Position numbers and translations under genes: made by a program. 64,000 nt of DNA, from contig JAHLFT010000007.1 in the NCBI GenBank assembly GCA_018883635.1, positions 889-64,888 on the forward strand, given 5' to 3'. Under the pieces are notes generated by a model. The model was not told the origin of the DNA. It worked only from the letters and a program-made list of their open reading frames with translations, and searched no databases. This document shows, piece after piece, positions 1-12,177 of the stretch; positions within the stretch are counted from its first letter, which is position 1, and every line of letters starts with the position of its first letter. The stretch comes from Candidatus Lactobacillus pullistercoris. GTDB taxonomy: Bacteria; Bacillota; Bacilli; Lactobacillales; Lactobacillaceae.

Positions 1-168
1 TTTCGTCATATGTAACGCAATTTGCTTAACTACCACATTATCCTCGTTATCGACTGTTAACTCGGCAAAGATTCCTTTACGATCGTCAGGACGCAAAAAC
101 TTTGCAGTGAAGATGTGACGATCACCGTCAGCATACTTTGCTAAACTTTCATTATAAATATCGATCAT
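1..168 (-). CDS. hypothetical protein, C-terminal part cut off by window edge
   Basis: Minus-strand open frame from ATG at 166-168 (MIDIYNESLAKYADGDRHIF...), preceded by GAGGA at about 177-181. It runs off the window start. No family recognised. Confidence 0.4.
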   Translation of the reverse strand, partial: MIDIYNESLAKYADGDRHIFTAKFLRPDDRKGIFAELTVDNEDNVVVKQIALHMTK

Positions 169-274
169 CTAAAATATCCTCTTTTCCTACACTGTCCACT
201 ATAACATTCTTTATGCGGCATGACAGAGTTTTAGCTAAAAAAGACACAGACCGATAAAATTTCAAAATATGATG

Positions 275-451
275 TTAATTTTTCTTCCAATATCTTTTAG
301 TTAGAATAGACCAAATAATTAATAAAACACCTACAATTATCATCACGGCTTTTCCTATATTTGTACTTGGATTCCAAAATACATAAAGGACAAAATAAAT
401 GATAAATAATAAGCATTCAATCGCACTAACTATTACACCTTTTTTATCCAT
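275..451 (-). CDS. small hydrophobic membrane protein (58 aa), below ORF-track cutoff
   Basis: My own translation is MDKKGVIVSAIECLLFIIYFVLYVFWNPSTNIGKAVMIIVGVLLIIWSILTKRYWKKN, with two hydrophobic segments. It lies just upstream of the ABC exporter pair on the same strand. Confidence 0.35.
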   Translation of the reverse strand: MDKKGVIVSAIECLLFIIYFVLYVFWNPSTNIGKAVMIIVGVLLIIWSILTKRYWKKN

Positions 452-470
452 ATTAACTCATTCTTTCACT

Positions 471-2054
471 TTATTTCACTAGATGAATTTCACGATCAAA
501 CAACTGCCGCATGTCTTCATTAAAATTATGCGCAATAAAGACAATTGTCGACTTAGTTTTCACTAGTCCACTCAAAATGTCCATTGTTGCCTTCTGATCA
601 ATCGCACTAGTTCCTTCATCGATTAAAATAATATCGCTATCATGAATTTTAGCTCTGGCTAAAACGATCTTCTGTCTTTGACCACCGGAAATATTTAATT
701 TATCTAAATTGATTTTCTGCTTAATCCCGTCTTTAAACTTAGAAAGATCAGCCTTAAGATTAACTTCTTCGGTTACTTTTTCAACTTTATCATCTAAGTG
801 ATCGTTAAACATTGTAATATTATCCTTAATACTTGCTGGGAAGACAATTGGATCTTGTGGAATATAACCGATCTTGGCCGTATCAGCTTCAATTTCCTGC
901 CCCGCACTATTTTTGAATAAAACTTTACCCGAACTCGGTTTAATGTCACCTAAAATTAGTTTAAACAAAGTCGACTTTCCAGCACCGGAATCCCCTGTCA
1001 AAAGGATTTTTTCACCTTTATTAATTGTTAAATTAGGATAAGTTAGCCTTTCACCATTAGGAAACTTCAAACTCAAATCCTTAGTAATAATTGCAGCCGG
1101 AACTTCGCCATCATGCTCCTCTTTATTTTTAATGCGAGCCATAGATTTATTAACCTTTTCAATTAAGGTCTTCGTGCCCTTCATTTGTGTTCTGGCTCCA
1201 ATCATCATTTGAATTCCATTATTTAAGTTAAATCTGAAATTCCCGATGATAACTAAAACACCGACTGTGACAATCTTATTTTTTACTAAATATCCGGTTA
1301 ATATAAACAAGATTAGTCCAAAAATCGCTGACACAATTCCAGTAATCGCATTTAAAGACTTAGTATACGCAGTTTGTTTAACAGTCGCATCCTCTATTTT
1401 CTTTGAAGCTCGTGCGGTGACCGAAAATAATTTGTCCCCTGCCATAAATTGTCTAATCTGACCTAAGCCTTGAAGCCAATCATTTAAGACATCAAGATAT
1501 TTTTGATTACTTTCAGAAATGGCCTCCGTTGCCTTTTGAAGCGGTTTTTCAATTAATCTTGGCAATAATAATGAAAGAGTAGTCATTAGACAGATCGTTA
1601 ATAGAAGTAGCCAGTTTAATTTTATTAAATAAATTAAAACAAAAATTACAGCCGATAAACCATAAATATAATAAAAAATGTTGGTGAAGTATGACTGATT
1701 GATGATATTTAAATCATTAGTTAATCTATTTTGAACCTCTGCCACTTTGTGTTCTTGGCCGTCATCATAATAATGATTAACGATCAGTGAACGCACACGA
1801 TTATTTAAATCCTGTTCTTGAATCTGGTTTAAATATTGGGCACAAGTATAAAACACATATTCTAAGATTCCAAATATTATTTCAAGAACAAGTAAAAACG
1901 TAAACGTTCTTAAATCATGTTGTAAAACCACATTGGTCAAAGTTTGGCTTATATAATTACTTACTAAAATACTAATTGCTGTCATAAAAACAAGCAATAC
2001 GATTGAAACATAAAAACGGAGAGGATTTTGTTTGATAAACTTTTTAAGATTCAT
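471..2054 (-). CDS. ABC exporter subunit, fused permease/ATPase (second gene of pair)
   Basis: 527 aa with N-terminal multi-TM region. Walker A GDSGAGKST, signature ISGGQRQK, Walker B IILIDE, H-loop IAHN. Confidence 0.9.
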   Translation of the reverse strand: MNLKKFIKQNPLRFYVSIVLLVFMTAISILVSNYISQTLTNVVLQHDLRTFTFLLVLEIIFGILEYVFYTCAQYLNQIQEQDLNNRVRSLIVNHYYDDGQEHKVAEVQNRLTNDLNIINQSYFTNIFYYIYGLSAVIFVLIYLIKLNWLLLLTICLMTTLSLLLPRLIEKPLQKATEAISESNQKYLDVLNDWLQGLGQIRQFMAGDKLFSVTARASKKIEDATVKQTAYTKSLNAITGIVSAIFGLILFILTGYLVKNKIVTVGVLVIIGNFRFNLNNGIQMMIGARTQMKGTKTLIEKVNKSMARIKNKEEHDGEVPAAIITKDLSLKFPNGERLTYPNLTINKGEKILLTGDSGAGKSTLFKLILGDIKPSSGKVLFKNSAGQEIEADTAKIGYIPQDPIVFPASIKDNITMFNDHLDDKVEKVTEEVNLKADLSKFKDGIKQKINLDKLNISGGQRQKIVLARAKIHDSDIILIDEGTSAIDQKATMDILSGLVKTKSTIVFIAHNFNEDMRQLFDREIHLVK

Positions 2055-2055
2055 A

Positions 2056-3639
2056 TTAATCCTCCTTCTGCTTTGATTCTAATTTGATTTCTTTATCAAA
2101 TTTGCTTTTAACTTCATCACTTAAATTGTGTGCAACCATGACGATTGTCTGATCAGAATGCAGTAATTCGTCAATAATCTTTTCACTGGTTGTTTGATCA
2201 ATCGCACTCGTAACCTCATCTAATAGAACAAATGGTTGATGATGCAATTCGCTTCTTGCAAGCACGACCTTTTGCCGCTGACCACCAGATAAATTTTGCT
2301 GCTTGAGGTCAACAAAAGTATTAATACCTGCTGGGAATTTACTTAAGTCATCTTGCAAAGAAACCTTAGAAACAATTTCAGTTAATTTCCTTTCTAATTT
2401 GAGATTAAACATTAAAATATTATCTTTAATTGAAACTGGGAAAACAACGGGTTCTTGGGGCACGAATCCAATCCTAACCTTATTTTTATCAATTGGTTGA
2501 TCATTTTTATCTAAATAAATTACTTCACCAGATGCAGGCGTGAGTTTACCTAATAAAATTTTAAATAAAGTTGACTTTCCTGTACCAGAATCTCCCGTTA
2601 ATAAAACTTTTTCTCCTGCTTTTACAGTGAAGTCAGGATATTTAATAACTTCACCCTGATCATATTTAGCTACTAAATTAGAGACTTTAAGAGCATGGGC
2701 ATATATCTTTGAACTTTGATTGGGTTGTTTTCGAAGTTTAAAAGTCTTTTCGCGAAGAATTTTAGAAGATTTAATTTGAACAACAACCTCAGTGACATCC
2801 CACAATGCCGAGAAAATTGTAAATGCAAAACCTGAGGCAACAACAAAATCACCAAAAGAAATTATATTGTTAAAAAATAGCATTACAGCTGCAAATAACA
2901 TTGAACATTGTGCCACCATATTAACAATTCCATTGAAAAAGCCAGAAAGGGCTTGGTATTTTAAATTCTTTTTATTTGCGTCAACTAAATTTTGACTGGA
3001 CTTCTTTAAACTTTGGCTCAATCGACCATAAGCATTATAGCGTCGTAATTCGTCTAAACCAGAAATCCAATGTAAAACAGTATTTAACAACTTTTCATTT
3101 TGACTGTTAACTAGATCTGTAGCTTTAGCCGTCTTTTTCTCCATAATCTTTGGTACCAACAAAGTAATAACCGCCAAAAAGGCAGTCACAATAATCAGAA
3201 TCCAATTCATGCTGATTAAAACGGCAATTGAAAGGATAATTTGTAAAAGTGCACTTAAGATAGTTATCCAGGAATTGGCATACTGATCAGTTAAAATTTT
3301 TAAGTTACCCGAAAGATCGTTCTGCATTTCAGAGACTTTTTTATCCTGGCCTTTGTAGTAACTTTGAACTATTTCGCCTCTAATTTCATGGAGATAGTTT
3401 TGCGTTTGCCGCGTAAAAAATACTGTAGCGATTGGAAGTAAAACGGCAGCAGCTAATTCCATAACCGCACACATCACTTGCCAGAAAATATAGCCATCAA
3501 TTTGACCTTTAATGATATCATTAAGAGCATACTTAAAAAGATATTCACCTAAAGTACCACTAATCGCGTATAAAACATATAAGGCAATTATTAAAAAACT
3601 TCTCACCCAATTAACCTTAAACAGCTCTTTAATCGACAT
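2056..3639 (-). CDS. ABC exporter subunit, fused permease/ATPase (first gene of pair)
   Basis: 527 aa with Walker A GDSGTGKST, signature LSGGQRQK, Walker B VLLDE. Only 1 nt separates it from the downstream partner, suggesting a heterodimeric exporter. Confidence 0.9.
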   Translation of the reverse strand: MSIKELFKVNWVRSFLIIALYVLYAISGTLGEYLFKYALNDIIKGQIDGYIFWQVMCAVMELAAAVLLPIATVFFTRQTQNYLHEIRGEIVQSYYKGQDKKVSEMQNDLSGNLKILTDQYANSWITILSALLQIILSIAVLISMNWILIIVTAFLAVITLLVPKIMEKKTAKATDLVNSQNEKLLNTVLHWISGLDELRRYNAYGRLSQSLKKSSQNLVDANKKNLKYQALSGFFNGIVNMVAQCSMLFAAVMLFFNNIISFGDFVVASGFAFTIFSALWDVTEVVVQIKSSKILREKTFKLRKQPNQSSKIYAHALKVSNLVAKYDQGEVIKYPDFTVKAGEKVLLTGDSGTGKSTLFKILLGKLTPASGEVIYLDKNDQPIDKNKVRIGFVPQEPVVFPVSIKDNILMFNLKLERKLTEIVSKVSLQDDLSKFPAGINTFVDLKQQNLSGGQRQKVVLARSELHHQPFVLLDEVTSAIDQTTSEKIIDELLHSDQTIVMVAHNLSDEVKSKFDKEIKLESKQKED

Positions 3640-3740
3640 AATTTTCTCCTTTGAACTGTCTCTTTTTCATTTTTAAATTAAATTAGTTTTATTATACTAA
3701 AGTTTTTTAATGTTAAACTATTATTTTAATCTTTTTACAA

Positions 3741-3781
3741 TAAAAAAGCATTAAACTACAATTTATAGCTTAATGCTTTTA
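3741..3781 (-). terminator. rho-independent terminator after rpoD
   Basis: 11-bp arms aaaagcattaa / ttaatgctttt (3744-3754 / 3770-3780), followed by a T-run on the minus strand. Confidence 0.7.
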
Positions 3782-3809
3782 CTTTAATAATTAGTTAGAT
3801 AAAACAAAA

Positions 3810-4916
3810 TTAATCTAAAAAGTCCTTCAATTGGTTAGAACGACTTGGGTGACGTAATTTTCTCAAAGCCTTAGCTTCGATCTGACGAATACGTTCACGG
3901 GTAACACCGAATACACGACCGACTTCTTCCAAAGTTCTAGTACGACCATCATCCAAACCAAAACGAAGACGTAAAACATTTTCTTCACGGTCAGTTAAAG
4001 TGTCCAAGGTTTCTTCCAATTGTTCCTTCAACATTTCATAAGAAGCATGTTTTTCTGGACTAGTTGCATCCTTATCTTCGATAAAGTCACCTAAGTGTGA
4101 ATCATCCTCTTCACCAATTGGTGTTTCAAGAGAAACTGGTTCTTGTGCGATCTTTAAGATATCACGAACTTTATTAGTTTGCATATCCATTTCCGCACCA
4201 ATTTCTTCTGGGGTTGGTTCACGACCTAAGTCTTGCAACAATTGACGTTGAATTCTGATCAACTTATTGATTGTTTCAACCATGTGAACAGGAATTCTAA
4301 TCGTTCTAGCTTGATCGGCAATAGCACGCGTAATTGCCTGTCTAATCCACCAAGTAGCGTAAGTTGAGAACTTAAAACCAAGACGGTAATCAAACTTATC
4401 AACGGCTTTCATCAAACCCATGTTACCTTCTTGAATCAAATCAAGGAATGACATCCCCCGACCGACATAACGTTTAGCAATTGAAACAACCAAACGTAGG
4501 TTGGCTTCAGCCAATTCTTGCTTTGCTTCTTCATCGCCTGCTTCAATTCTCTTAGCTAAAGCAATTTCTTTATCAGCGTTAAGAAGAGGAACTCGTCCAA
4601 TTTCCTTTAAGTACATACGAACGGGATCATTCATCCGCACACTAGAAGGTGCAGACATATCCTTTAGTTCCTTTTTCTCAACATCTTTTTGCTTCTTTAA
4701 AGCAAGTTTTGAAGGTTCACCGTTTTTATCAACAATACTAATTCCGTTGTCTTCAAATTCTTGAACAAGTTGATCAACAGCTTTTCCTTGTAAGTTATAA
4801 GGCTTAATTAATCGGTCAGTGAAGTCTGTTTCGGTGATTGATTTGTCCTTTTTAACTTCTTTAACGACCTTTTTCACCATCTTATCCAAAGATAGCTTAT
4901 TTGATTTTTCTGCCAC
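3810..4916 (-). CDS. rpoD: RNA polymerase primary sigma factor (sigma-A/RpoD)
   Basis: 368 aa with conserved region 2-4 motifs: [67 protein letters not shown]. Confidence 0.97.
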   Translation of the reverse strand: MAEKSNKLSLDKMVKKVVKEVKKDKSITETDFTDRLIKPYNLQGKAVDQLVQEFEDNGISIVDKNGEPSKLALKKQKDVEKKELKDMSAPSSVRMNDPVRMYLKEIGRVPLLNADKEIALAKRIEAGDEEAKQELAEANLRLVVSIAKRYVGRGMSFLDLIQEGNMGLMKAVDKFDYRLGFKFSTYATWWIRQAITRAIADQARTIRIPVHMVETINKLIRIQRQLLQDLGREPTPEEIGAEMDMQTNKVRDILKIAQEPVSLETPIGEEDDSHLGDFIEDKDATSPEKHASYEMLKEQLEETLDTLTDREENVLRLRFGLDDGRTRTLEEVGRVFGVTRERIRQIEAKALRKLRHPSRSNQLKDFLD

Positions 4917-4930
4917 TAAAAAGCCTCCTC

Positions 4931-6730
4931 TTAGCCCTTCAATCTTTTCAGTTCTAAAATCTTCAGTGTGATTTCCATAACCACTTTTTTATCTTTACGA
5001 CGCTCTGCATCCTGTATTTTTGCTTTTAACTCATTCAGTTGAGAATCGATCCGTCGTCCTTGTAAAAATTTAATTGTTTCATCGATTTCACGAATGGAAA
5101 AATCTTCGGGCATATTTTTCATTTCGGCATTTACTATTATACCTTGAAGTGCCTCAGGAATAAAATCTAAAAAATCATTAACTGTATATTTTTCATGAGT
5201 TTCAATATACTTTAACCATAATTCAGCAACTTGAGCATAATTTTTATCTGGAAATAAAAATCTCTGACTTAAAATATACTTTCTTGCGTCTTCCGATTTT
5301 AAAAATAAGAATAATAGACGTGTTTGCGCAATATCATATTTTTCTGCTTCAGAAGTAATTGATTGATCATCAAATCCACTATCATCAGCAAAATCCTGAC
5401 CATAACGACCTTTATTTCGATTTGCGCGTCGATTTTTTCGTCTCTCACGCATCAAGTTTACTTTTAAAGCATCTTTCGAAATATTTTGTTCTTTAGCGAG
5501 CTTGTCAATATATAGATCTTGCTCTACCGGATTTTGCAATTTGGCAATTTCTTTAACGGCCTCATTGATATATGAAATTCGTTCACGATCATTGCTTAAG
5601 TTAAATTTTTTAGACAAGCGTTTTAAGAAGAAATCGGTTGGCGATAACGCCCCTTTAACTTCCTCCTGATACTTTTGTGCCCCGTACTTTTTTACGAATT
5701 CATCCGGATCCAGTTTTTCTGGCAAGACGACAATTCCAATATTAAAACCACCAGCTTGACCAAACATTCTTGCTGCTCTTTCCTCAGCATGTTGACCAGG
5801 ATCGTCACCATCATAATTAATGATAATATTTCTTGTCACTCTTTTAAGCATGTAAACTTGCGGATCGGTCAAGCTAGTTCCCATTGAAGCAATTCCGGAC
5901 TTAATGCCTGCTTTATATGCTGAAATGACGTCCATATAACCTTCGTAAAGAACCAAATGGCCTTCTTCGCGAGCTGCCTTTTTTGCTTCGGCAAAGTGAA
6001 AAAGTGCTTTCGATTTAGTGAAAATTTCAGTTTCTGGACTATTCATATATTTTGCTTCAGTCTTATCCGTTGAAATTCTTCTTCCGGAAAAGCCAATAAT
6101 GCGACCACTTTCATCCCCTAACGGAAACATTAAACGATCACGAAAGCGATCAAACATACGTCCATCTTTACTTTGAACAAATAAACCACTTTTTAACAAG
6201 TCTTCATCAGAGTACTTCTTACCCCTTAAAAACATTAAAAGTAGATTATCCTGCTTAGGTGCATATCCGATTTTAAAATGTTCTAATAATTCCTCAGAAA
6301 GTTCTCTTTCTTGCGCATACTTCATTCCACGCATTCCAGCTTTAGTTGTTAACAATACTCGGTGATAAAAAGAACATGCATCATCTTGAATCTTTAAAAT
6401 TGGACTTAACTTTGTTTGCACCTTGCCATAACCATTTGGCATTGCAATATGTGCGTATTCAGCAACTTGCTCAACACTTTCTGGAAAGGTCAAATTATCT
6501 TTATACATTAAAAATTTAAAGACATTGCCACCTTTTCCGCAACCAAAACATTTAAAAAACTGTTTTTCTTCATTTACCGTGAATGAGGGTGTTTTTTCTT
6601 GATGAAAAGGGCAAAGACCAATATAGTCTTTGCCTTTTTTTTCAAGTGAAACATATTGGCTGATAACGTCGACAATATTAACGTTGTTACGAACCTCATT
6701 GATAAATTCTTCTGGAATTCGACCAGCCAT
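4931..6730 (-). CDS. dnaG: DNA primase
   Basis: Zinc-finger [11 protein letters not shown]...CFGCG and TOPRIM motif EGYMDV...DGDDPG. The likely start is MAGRIPEEF at 6730, with AGGTGA upstream. The ORF track extends to 6739. Confidence 0.95.
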   Translation of the reverse strand: MAGRIPEEFINEVRNNVNIVDVISQYVSLEKKGKDYIGLCPFHQEKTPSFTVNEEKQFFKCFGCGKGGNVFKFLMYKDNLTFPESVEQVAEYAHIAMPNGYGKVQTKLSPILKIQDDACSFYHRVLLTTKAGMRGMKYAQERELSEELLEHFKIGYAPKQDNLLLMFLRGKKYSDEDLLKSGLFVQSKDGRMFDRFRDRLMFPLGDESGRIIGFSGRRISTDKTEAKYMNSPETEIFTKSKALFHFAEAKKAAREEGHLVLYEGYMDVISAYKAGIKSGIASMGTSLTDPQVYMLKRVTRNIIINYDGDDPGQHAEERAARMFGQAGGFNIGIVVLPEKLDPDEFVKKYGAQKYQEEVKGALSPTDFFLKRLSKKFNLSNDRERISYINEAVKEIAKLQNPVEQDLYIDKLAKEQNISKDALKVNLMRERRKNRRANRNKGRYGQDFADDSGFDDQSITSEAEKYDIAQTRLLFLFLKSEDARKYILSQRFLFPDKNYAQVAELWLKYIETHEKYTVNDFLDFIPEALQGIIVNAEMKNMPEDFSIREIDETIKFLQGRRIDSQLNELKAKIQDAERRKDKKVVMEITLKILELKRLKG

Positions 6731-6748
6731 GGGAATCACCTATTCTTT

Positions 6749-8818
6749 TTATTTAATAACTAACTTACTTAAATCACCTAAACGGTCAGCAAGAACACTA
6801 ATATTGTTTAACTGAGTTAGACGATTGTCCTTAACTTTTTCGTCCTTAGCCATGATCATATTTGTATCAAAGTAACGATCAATCACTGGTTGAAGTTGAA
6901 CAAAGCCTTCGTATAAGTCAGCTAAATCTTCAGTCTTTTGCAAACTTTCTACGCCAGCATAAAGTTCATTTTCACTATTATCTTCAAATAAACTTTCATC
7001 AACCTTGTTTTGATGACCTGCAAATTTAGCTTTCTTCAAGATATTATCAATCCGAGTTAAACTTTCAACAACTGGCTTAAATTCAGCATCATCATGATGT
7101 AATCCAAGTACTTTAGCAGCAGCTAAAATTTGACTTGGGTCTTGTTGACTTGAGGCAAGAACAGCATCAATAACATCATACTTGAAGTTATTCTTTTGTA
7201 AGTATTGCTTAATTCGATCACGAATGAATAAAGCGATTTGTTCGTCTTCTTCGCCTGCCTTTGGTAATTTAGCAGGTGTTTTACCGTTAATTAATTCAAC
7301 GATTTCAGGTAAAACTTCGTTAAATGGCAATGACCATTTTTGGTTAAGTAAAATTCTTACAATACCATAGGCATTACGACGAAGTGCATATGGGTCATTT
7401 GATGAACTTGGAATCATACCAGCACCAAAGAAAGTAATGATGGTATCAATTTTATCAGCAACTGATAAAATTGAACCAACAGTAGTTTCTGGCAATGCAC
7501 CTTCAGCTGTTGATGGCATGTAGTGTTCCTTAATGGCAACTGCAACCTCTTCGTTTTCACCGGCAAGACGAGCATAATGCATCCCCATTACCCCTTGAAG
7601 TTCAGCAAATTCACCGACCATTTGGGTTACTAAGTCAAACTTGTAAAGTTCTGAAGCTCGATCAAAGTCACTAACAACATTATCAGTTAAGTTCCAACGC
7701 TTAGCTAAGTAATCACCAATGATTTTTACCCGCTTCATCTTTTCAGCCATTGAACCGATCTTATCATGGAAGGAAACATTCTTCATCTTATCAGCAAAGT
7801 GACTTAATGGGTACTTACGGTCTTCATCGTAGAAGAATTGGGCATCGTCCAAACGAGCAACAAGAACCTTTTCATTACCTGAAATAACGTTATCTAAGAA
7901 GTCCTTATTACCGTTTCTAACTGCGATAAAGTGATTGATCAACTTACCATTTTGGTCATAAACTTCAAAGTATCTTTGATTATCCTTCATGGAAGTGATT
8001 AAAACTTCATCCGGAATGTTCAAGTACTTTTCATCAAATGAACCAGCAAAAACAGTTGGATATTCAACTAAGTTAGTAACTTCTTCTAATAAGTTTTTAT
8101 CTTCTTTAATTGTCCAGTTATTCTTGTTAACTAAATCGTTCATTTGGTTAACAATCATTTCTTTACGTTCTTTAGCATCAACGATTACGAATTGATCTTT
8201 CAATGCATCAACGTAATCATCAGCACTTGCTAAAACAACTGAATCGCCAAGGAAACGGTGGCCTTGAGTTTTACGACCAGCAACGATATCCAAAATCTTG
8301 ACTGGAATAACATCATTGCCATACAAAGAAACTAACCAGTGAATTGGACGAACAAATTCAAAGTCATTTGAATCCCAACGCATTTTTGTAGGGAAAGTCA
8401 TATCCTTAATGATATTGCTCATGCCAAGTAAAATGTCACTAGCCTTTTTACCTTCTTTTTTGACATGAACATAAGCATATTCAATGCCCTTTAATTCTTC
8501 AAAGTAAATATCATCTGTGCTCATTCCTTGTCCACGAGCAAAACCTTGAGCAGCCTTAGTCCAATTGCCATCTGCATCTTGAGCGATCTTTTTAGCTGGA
8601 CCCTTTTTTACTTCATCAATATCGTCTTGCTTTTCTGCTAAATCTTCAACAAGAATGGTTAAACGTCTTGGAGTGGAATAAGTTTTAATATCTTTAAAAG
8701 CTAAACCATTTTCTTTTAAGAATTTACGAGTACGATCAGCAAGTTGCTTAACACTACGAGTAACTACGTGTGCAGGCATTTCTTCTGTACCGATTTCAAA
8801 TAAGTAATCCTTAGTCAT
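6749..8818 (-). CDS. glyS: glycyl-tRNA synthetase beta subunit
   Basis: 689 aa starting [16 protein letters not shown], typical of GlyS. It overlaps the glyQ stop by 8 nt. Confidence 0.96.
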   Translation of the reverse strand: MTKDYLFEIGTEEMPAHVVTRSVKQLADRTRKFLKENGLAFKDIKTYSTPRRLTILVEDLAEKQDDIDEVKKGPAKKIAQDADGNWTKAAQGFARGQGMSTDDIYFEELKGIEYAYVHVKKEGKKASDILLGMSNIIKDMTFPTKMRWDSNDFEFVRPIHWLVSLYGNDVIPVKILDIVAGRKTQGHRFLGDSVVLASADDYVDALKDQFVIVDAKERKEMIVNQMNDLVNKNNWTIKEDKNLLEEVTNLVEYPTVFAGSFDEKYLNIPDEVLITSMKDNQRYFEVYDQNGKLINHFIAVRNGNKDFLDNVISGNEKVLVARLDDAQFFYDEDRKYPLSHFADKMKNVSFHDKIGSMAEKMKRVKIIGDYLAKRWNLTDNVVSDFDRASELYKFDLVTQMVGEFAELQGVMGMHYARLAGENEEVAVAIKEHYMPSTAEGALPETTVGSILSVADKIDTIITFFGAGMIPSSSNDPYALRRNAYGIVRILLNQKWSLPFNEVLPEIVELINGKTPAKLPKAGEEDEQIALFIRDRIKQYLQKNNFKYDVIDAVLASSQQDPSQILAAAKVLGLHHDDAEFKPVVESLTRIDNILKKAKFAGHQNKVDESLFEDNSENELYAGVESLQKTEDLADLYEGFVQLQPVIDRYFDTNMIMAKDEKVKDNRLTQLNNISVLADRLGDLSKLVIK

Positions 8819-9728
8819 CTTCTACACCCGCCTTTTTGTCTTGAGCATTCTTTAAAAGTGGGAATCCCCGTTTTTCACGTTCTTCAACAAACTTAGTAGC
8901 AACTTCATGTGCCAAATTTCTAATTCTTGATAAATATCCTGCACGTTCAGTAACTGAAACGGCACCACGTGCATCAAGTAAGTTAAAGGTATGAGAACAT
9001 TTAAGAATGTAATCATAAGCTGGGTGTACTAAGTTTTGGTCAAGTAAACGCTTAGCTGTAGCTTCATAAATATCAAAGAATTGCAAAAGTTGTTCTTGAT
9101 TTGATTCTTCAAAGGCGTACTTAGAATGTTCATATTCTGGTTGCTTGAAGATATCACGGTAAAGAACTCCGTTACCCCATTCAAGATCAAAGACTGAATT
9201 TACATCTTGAATATATGAAGCTAGTCTTTCTACACCATAAGTAATTTCACTCATTGTTGGCTTTACATCAAGTTCACCGACTACTTGGAAGTAAGTAAAT
9301 TGGCTAACTTCCATTCCGTCGAGCCAAACTTCCCAACCAACACCGGCACAACCCATTGATGGGTTTGCCCAGTTATCTTCTACGAAACGGATATCGTGTT
9401 CAAGTGGATCAATACCCAAAACTTTTAAACTATCTAAGTAATATTGTTGAATATCCTTAGGTGCTGGTTTAATAACTACTTGGAACTGGTGGTGTTGGAA
9501 TAATCTATTAGGATTTTCACCATAACGACCATCCGCAGGTCTTCTTGAAGGTTCAACGTAACAAGCTGCCCATGGTTCTGGGCCAACTGCACGAAGAAAA
9601 GTGTAAGGACTCATTGTTCCTGCACCTTTTTCTACATCGTATGAAGGCATGATCATACAACCCTTAGAGGACCAGAATTGTTCTAGCTTAAAGATCATAG
9701 TTTGAATATTTAATTTCTTATCTGCCAT
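8811..9728 (-). CDS. glyQ: glycyl-tRNA synthetase alpha subunit
   Basis: Highly conserved GlyQ sequence ([24 protein letters not shown]...). The likely start is MADKK at 9728. The ORF track extends to 9737. Confidence 0.96.
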   Translation of the reverse strand: MADKKLNIQTMIFKLEQFWSSKGCMIMPSYDVEKGAGTMSPYTFLRAVGPEPWAACYVEPSRRPADGRYGENPNRLFQHHQFQVVIKPAPKDIQQYYLDSLKVLGIDPLEHDIRFVEDNWANPSMGCAGVGWEVWLDGMEVSQFTYFQVVGELDVKPTMSEITYGVERLASYIQDVNSVFDLEWGNGVLYRDIFKQPEYEHSKYAFEESNQEQLLQFFDIYEATAKRLLDQNLVHPAYDYILKCSHTFNLLDARGAVSVTERAGYLSRIRNLAHEVATKFVEEREKRGFPLLKNAQDKKAGVEDD

Positions 9729-9756
9729 TTTTTTCATTCCTTCCTGCGCTAGGCCA

Positions 9757-9945
9757 TAAAAAAAGCCTATGCAAAATTATTGCATAGGGACGAATTCATT
9801 ATCGCGGTTCCACCCTAATTCAGGAAGTGTTCTTCCTGCTCTTAATTAAAATGACTAGAGGTGCCTTTTTCCTAGATGTCCTTTCACCAAACGACATTCG
9901 CTTAACTAGTACTTTTTCTTAAATCCTCATCTTCGCCAAATACAC
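9757..9945 (-). promoter_or_regulatory. T-box riboswitch leader (Gly, specifier GGC) controlling glyQS
   Basis: The minus strand reads AATTAGGGTGGAACCGCGAT (T-box sequence, 9801-9820). A terminator GCCTATGCAA..TTGCATAGGC plus U-run follows at 9765-9789. GGC followed by A sits in the specifier position (9863-9865). An extended -10 TGGTAAAAT lies at about 9950-9958. Confidence 0.9.
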
Positions 9946-9988
9946 TTTGATTTTACCACAATGATCAAAGTTCGACTAGTCATTTTGA

Positions 9989-10744
9989 CTAGCTAAAAAG
10001 TTTTAATTCATCTAAAAATTTCTTTGTTTTTAAATTTAAATCAATCGTTTGTCGATAAATTTTATCAATCACTTTTCGTGTTGCTTTTTTATTTTCGGTT
10101 GAAATTTTTATCTCACCCAACCGATTAAAGGGCACCAAACCAGTTGTTCTTAAAATCGCGGTCTGCTTGGGTAATAAATGCAAGCGACTATTAACTTTAG
10201 CAAAGTGATCACTACAAATTACCCCGCCCAATTTAATCGAATAATCAAATACTCCTGTCTCTTTACCACAAATGACGCATTTTTTTAATTGTGGCTGCAC
10301 ACCGTAAGCACTAAGTAGTTGCATTTGGACAATCTGCGTAATCATTTCTGGATCAAGACCAGCATTAATTTTATTTAAAGCAAACTGCGCTAGTGAATAA
10401 TATTTACCAAGTGGTTGATATTCTATAAAAGCATGATCAATTAAATCCAAAATAAAAGAAGCATAAGCATTTTTAGATAAATCATTAAATAAATTCTCAA
10501 ACTGCTTTACTTCTTTAAATGTACGCAAATTACTTAAACCTTGACCACTAGTATAAATGACATAATCACCATAAGAAAAATTAAGAGTAGCTGCTCCTAA
10601 TTTTGATTTAGGACGTAAAGCCCCCTTAACCACCAATGTAATAATGCCATCTTTTTCGGTCATAATTTTGGCAAGTAAATCTGCTTCTTTGTATTTTTGT
10701 CTTTTAAAGATGATGCCTTGAACTTCTTTAAGTTCGCGCGCCAT
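9989..10744 (-). CDS. recO: DNA repair protein RecO
   Basis: 251 aa with an N-terminal OB-fold-like region and a C-terminal Cys cluster CVICGKE...CSDH. Conserved position after era. Confidence 0.9.
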   Translation of the reverse strand: MARELKEVQGIIFKRQKYKEADLLAKIMTEKDGIITLVVKGALRPKSKLGAATLNFSYGDYVIYTSGQGLSNLRTFKEVKQFENLFNDLSKNAYASFILDLIDHAFIEYQPLGKYYSLAQFALNKINAGLDPEMITQIVQMQLLSAYGVQPQLKKCVICGKETGVFDYSIKLGGVICSDHFAKVNSRLHLLPKQTAILRTTGLVPFNRLGEIKISTENKKATRKVIDKIYRQTIDLNLKTKKFLDELKLFS

Positions 10745-10746
10745 AT

Positions 10747-11652
10747 CTATAATTCCTTTTTATCGTAGCCAATTAATTTCAAGAAAGATGGATCAGAGCG
10801 CCAATTATGTTGAACTTTCACCCATAATTTAAGGTTAACTTTTTCACCAAGTAAATCTTCAATTGCTCTGCGTGAATTAATACCGATTTGCTTGAGCATT
10901 TTTGCCCCTTTACCTATAATAATTCCTTTTTGTCCATCTCGTTCGACGTAAATCGTTGCCTCAATCTGTAATTTACCGTTGATACGCTGATTCATGCGGT
11001 CAACGGCAACAGCGGTAGCATGAGGCACTTCTTGAGAGGTTAATTGTAAAACTTGTTCGCGAATTAATTCAGCCACTACAAAATACTCTGGTCGATCTGT
11101 GATCTGATCAGAACCATAATATTGAGGGCCGCTAGGCAAGTTTTCATTAAGAGCCTTTAGTAAATCTGGAATACCCATCCCTTCTGTGGCAGAAATAGGT
11201 AAATATTCTTTAAAATCAGCCTCTTTACGATAAGCGTCAATAATTGGTAAAAGTTTATCAGGGTGAATTTCATCGATCTTATTAATCACTAAAAACACCG
11301 GTAGTTTAACTTGTTTTAGTTGATCTAAGATAAAAAGATCACCCTTACCTGGCTTTTCCGGATCAACCATAAATAAAACCAAGTCAACGTCCTTTAAACT
11401 AGAAAGACTGGCTTTATCCATGTAATCATCAAGTTTGGAATGTGGTTTAAAAATTCCTGGAGTGTCTACAAAAACTACTTGCATATCTTGATCAGTATAA
11501 ATACCTGAAATTCGATTACGTGTTGTTTGTGGCTTGTTAGAAGTAATCGCAACTTTTTGACCCACTAAATGGTTCATCAAAGTTGATTTACCGACATTTG
11601 GTCGACCAACTAAAGCGACAAAACCTGATTTAAATTCTTTGTTTTGATTCAT
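10747..11652 (-). CDS. era: GTPase Era
   Basis: G1 [10 protein letters not shown]3 DTPG, G4 NKID and a C-terminal KH domain. Confidence 0.96.
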   Translation of the reverse strand: MNQNKEFKSGFVALVGRPNVGKSTLMNHLVGQKVAITSNKPQTTRNRISGIYTDQDMQVVFVDTPGIFKPHSKLDDYMDKASLSSLKDVDLVLFMVDPEKPGKGDLFILDQLKQVKLPVFLVINKIDEIHPDKLLPIIDAYRKEADFKEYLPISATEGMGIPDLLKALNENLPSGPQYYGSDQITDRPEYFVVAELIREQVLQLTSQEVPHATAVAVDRMNQRINGKLQIEATIYVERDGQKGIIIGKGAKMLKQIGINSRRAIEDLLGEKVNLKLWVKVQHNWRSDPSFLKLIGYDKKEL

Positions 11653-12176
11653 TATTTACCTCTGCCAACGTCTAATTGATCTGGATATAATGGCAAGCCA
11701 TAATCTTCAAGCACCTTGCCTTGAATGCCAAACATTTCTTTAGCTTCATCAGGTTTGATATGATCATAACCATTCAAATGAAGATAGCCATGGACAATTG
11801 TATAGCCAAATTCACGATCAAAACCTGTCTTGTATTCTTTGCTATGTCTTGTAATAACTTCAGGGCACATAAACAGATCACCGATATCTTCTTGAAAATC
11901 TGGATCTTGAACAAAAGATGAAAGATCAAGTCCATCTTCACCATCTTCAATTGCAAAAGAAATTACATCAGTTGGACGATCTTTATCGCGATATTTTAAA
12001 TTAATCTCATGACTTTTAGCTTGATCAACAAAATTAATACTCATTTCTTGAGCATTTTCTTTGCCAATCTCTTTTTTCGCAAGTAGCAACAATTTCATGA
12101 TCCAATTTTTCCAGTCACGATCTTTATCATCCAAAAATCCGACTTCATCATTAAAAGTAAGCTCGATTGGCTCCAT
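11652..12176 (-). CDS. ybeY: rRNA maturation endoribonuclease YbeY
   Basis: Metal-binding motif [11 protein letters not shown]. The likely start is MEPIEL at 12176, just after the phoH stop. The ORF track extends to 12209. Confidence 0.92.
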   Translation of the reverse strand: MEPIELTFNDEVGFLDDKDRDWKNWIMKLLLLAKKEIGKENAQEMSINFVDQAKSHEINLKYRDKDRPTDVISFAIEDGEDGLDLSSFVQDPDFQEDIGDLFMCPEVITRHSKEYKTGFDREFGYTIVHGYLHLNGYDHIKPDEAKEMFGIQGKVLEDYGLPLYPDQLDVGRGK

Positions 12177-12177
12177 C

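Noticed and set aside
9965-9988. Hairpin CTAGTCAAAATGACTAG overlapping the recO stop codon, as a possible terminator.
   Set aside because: The stem is short and has no following U-run. It lies just upstream of the glyQS T-box promoter, so any function as a terminator is unsupported.
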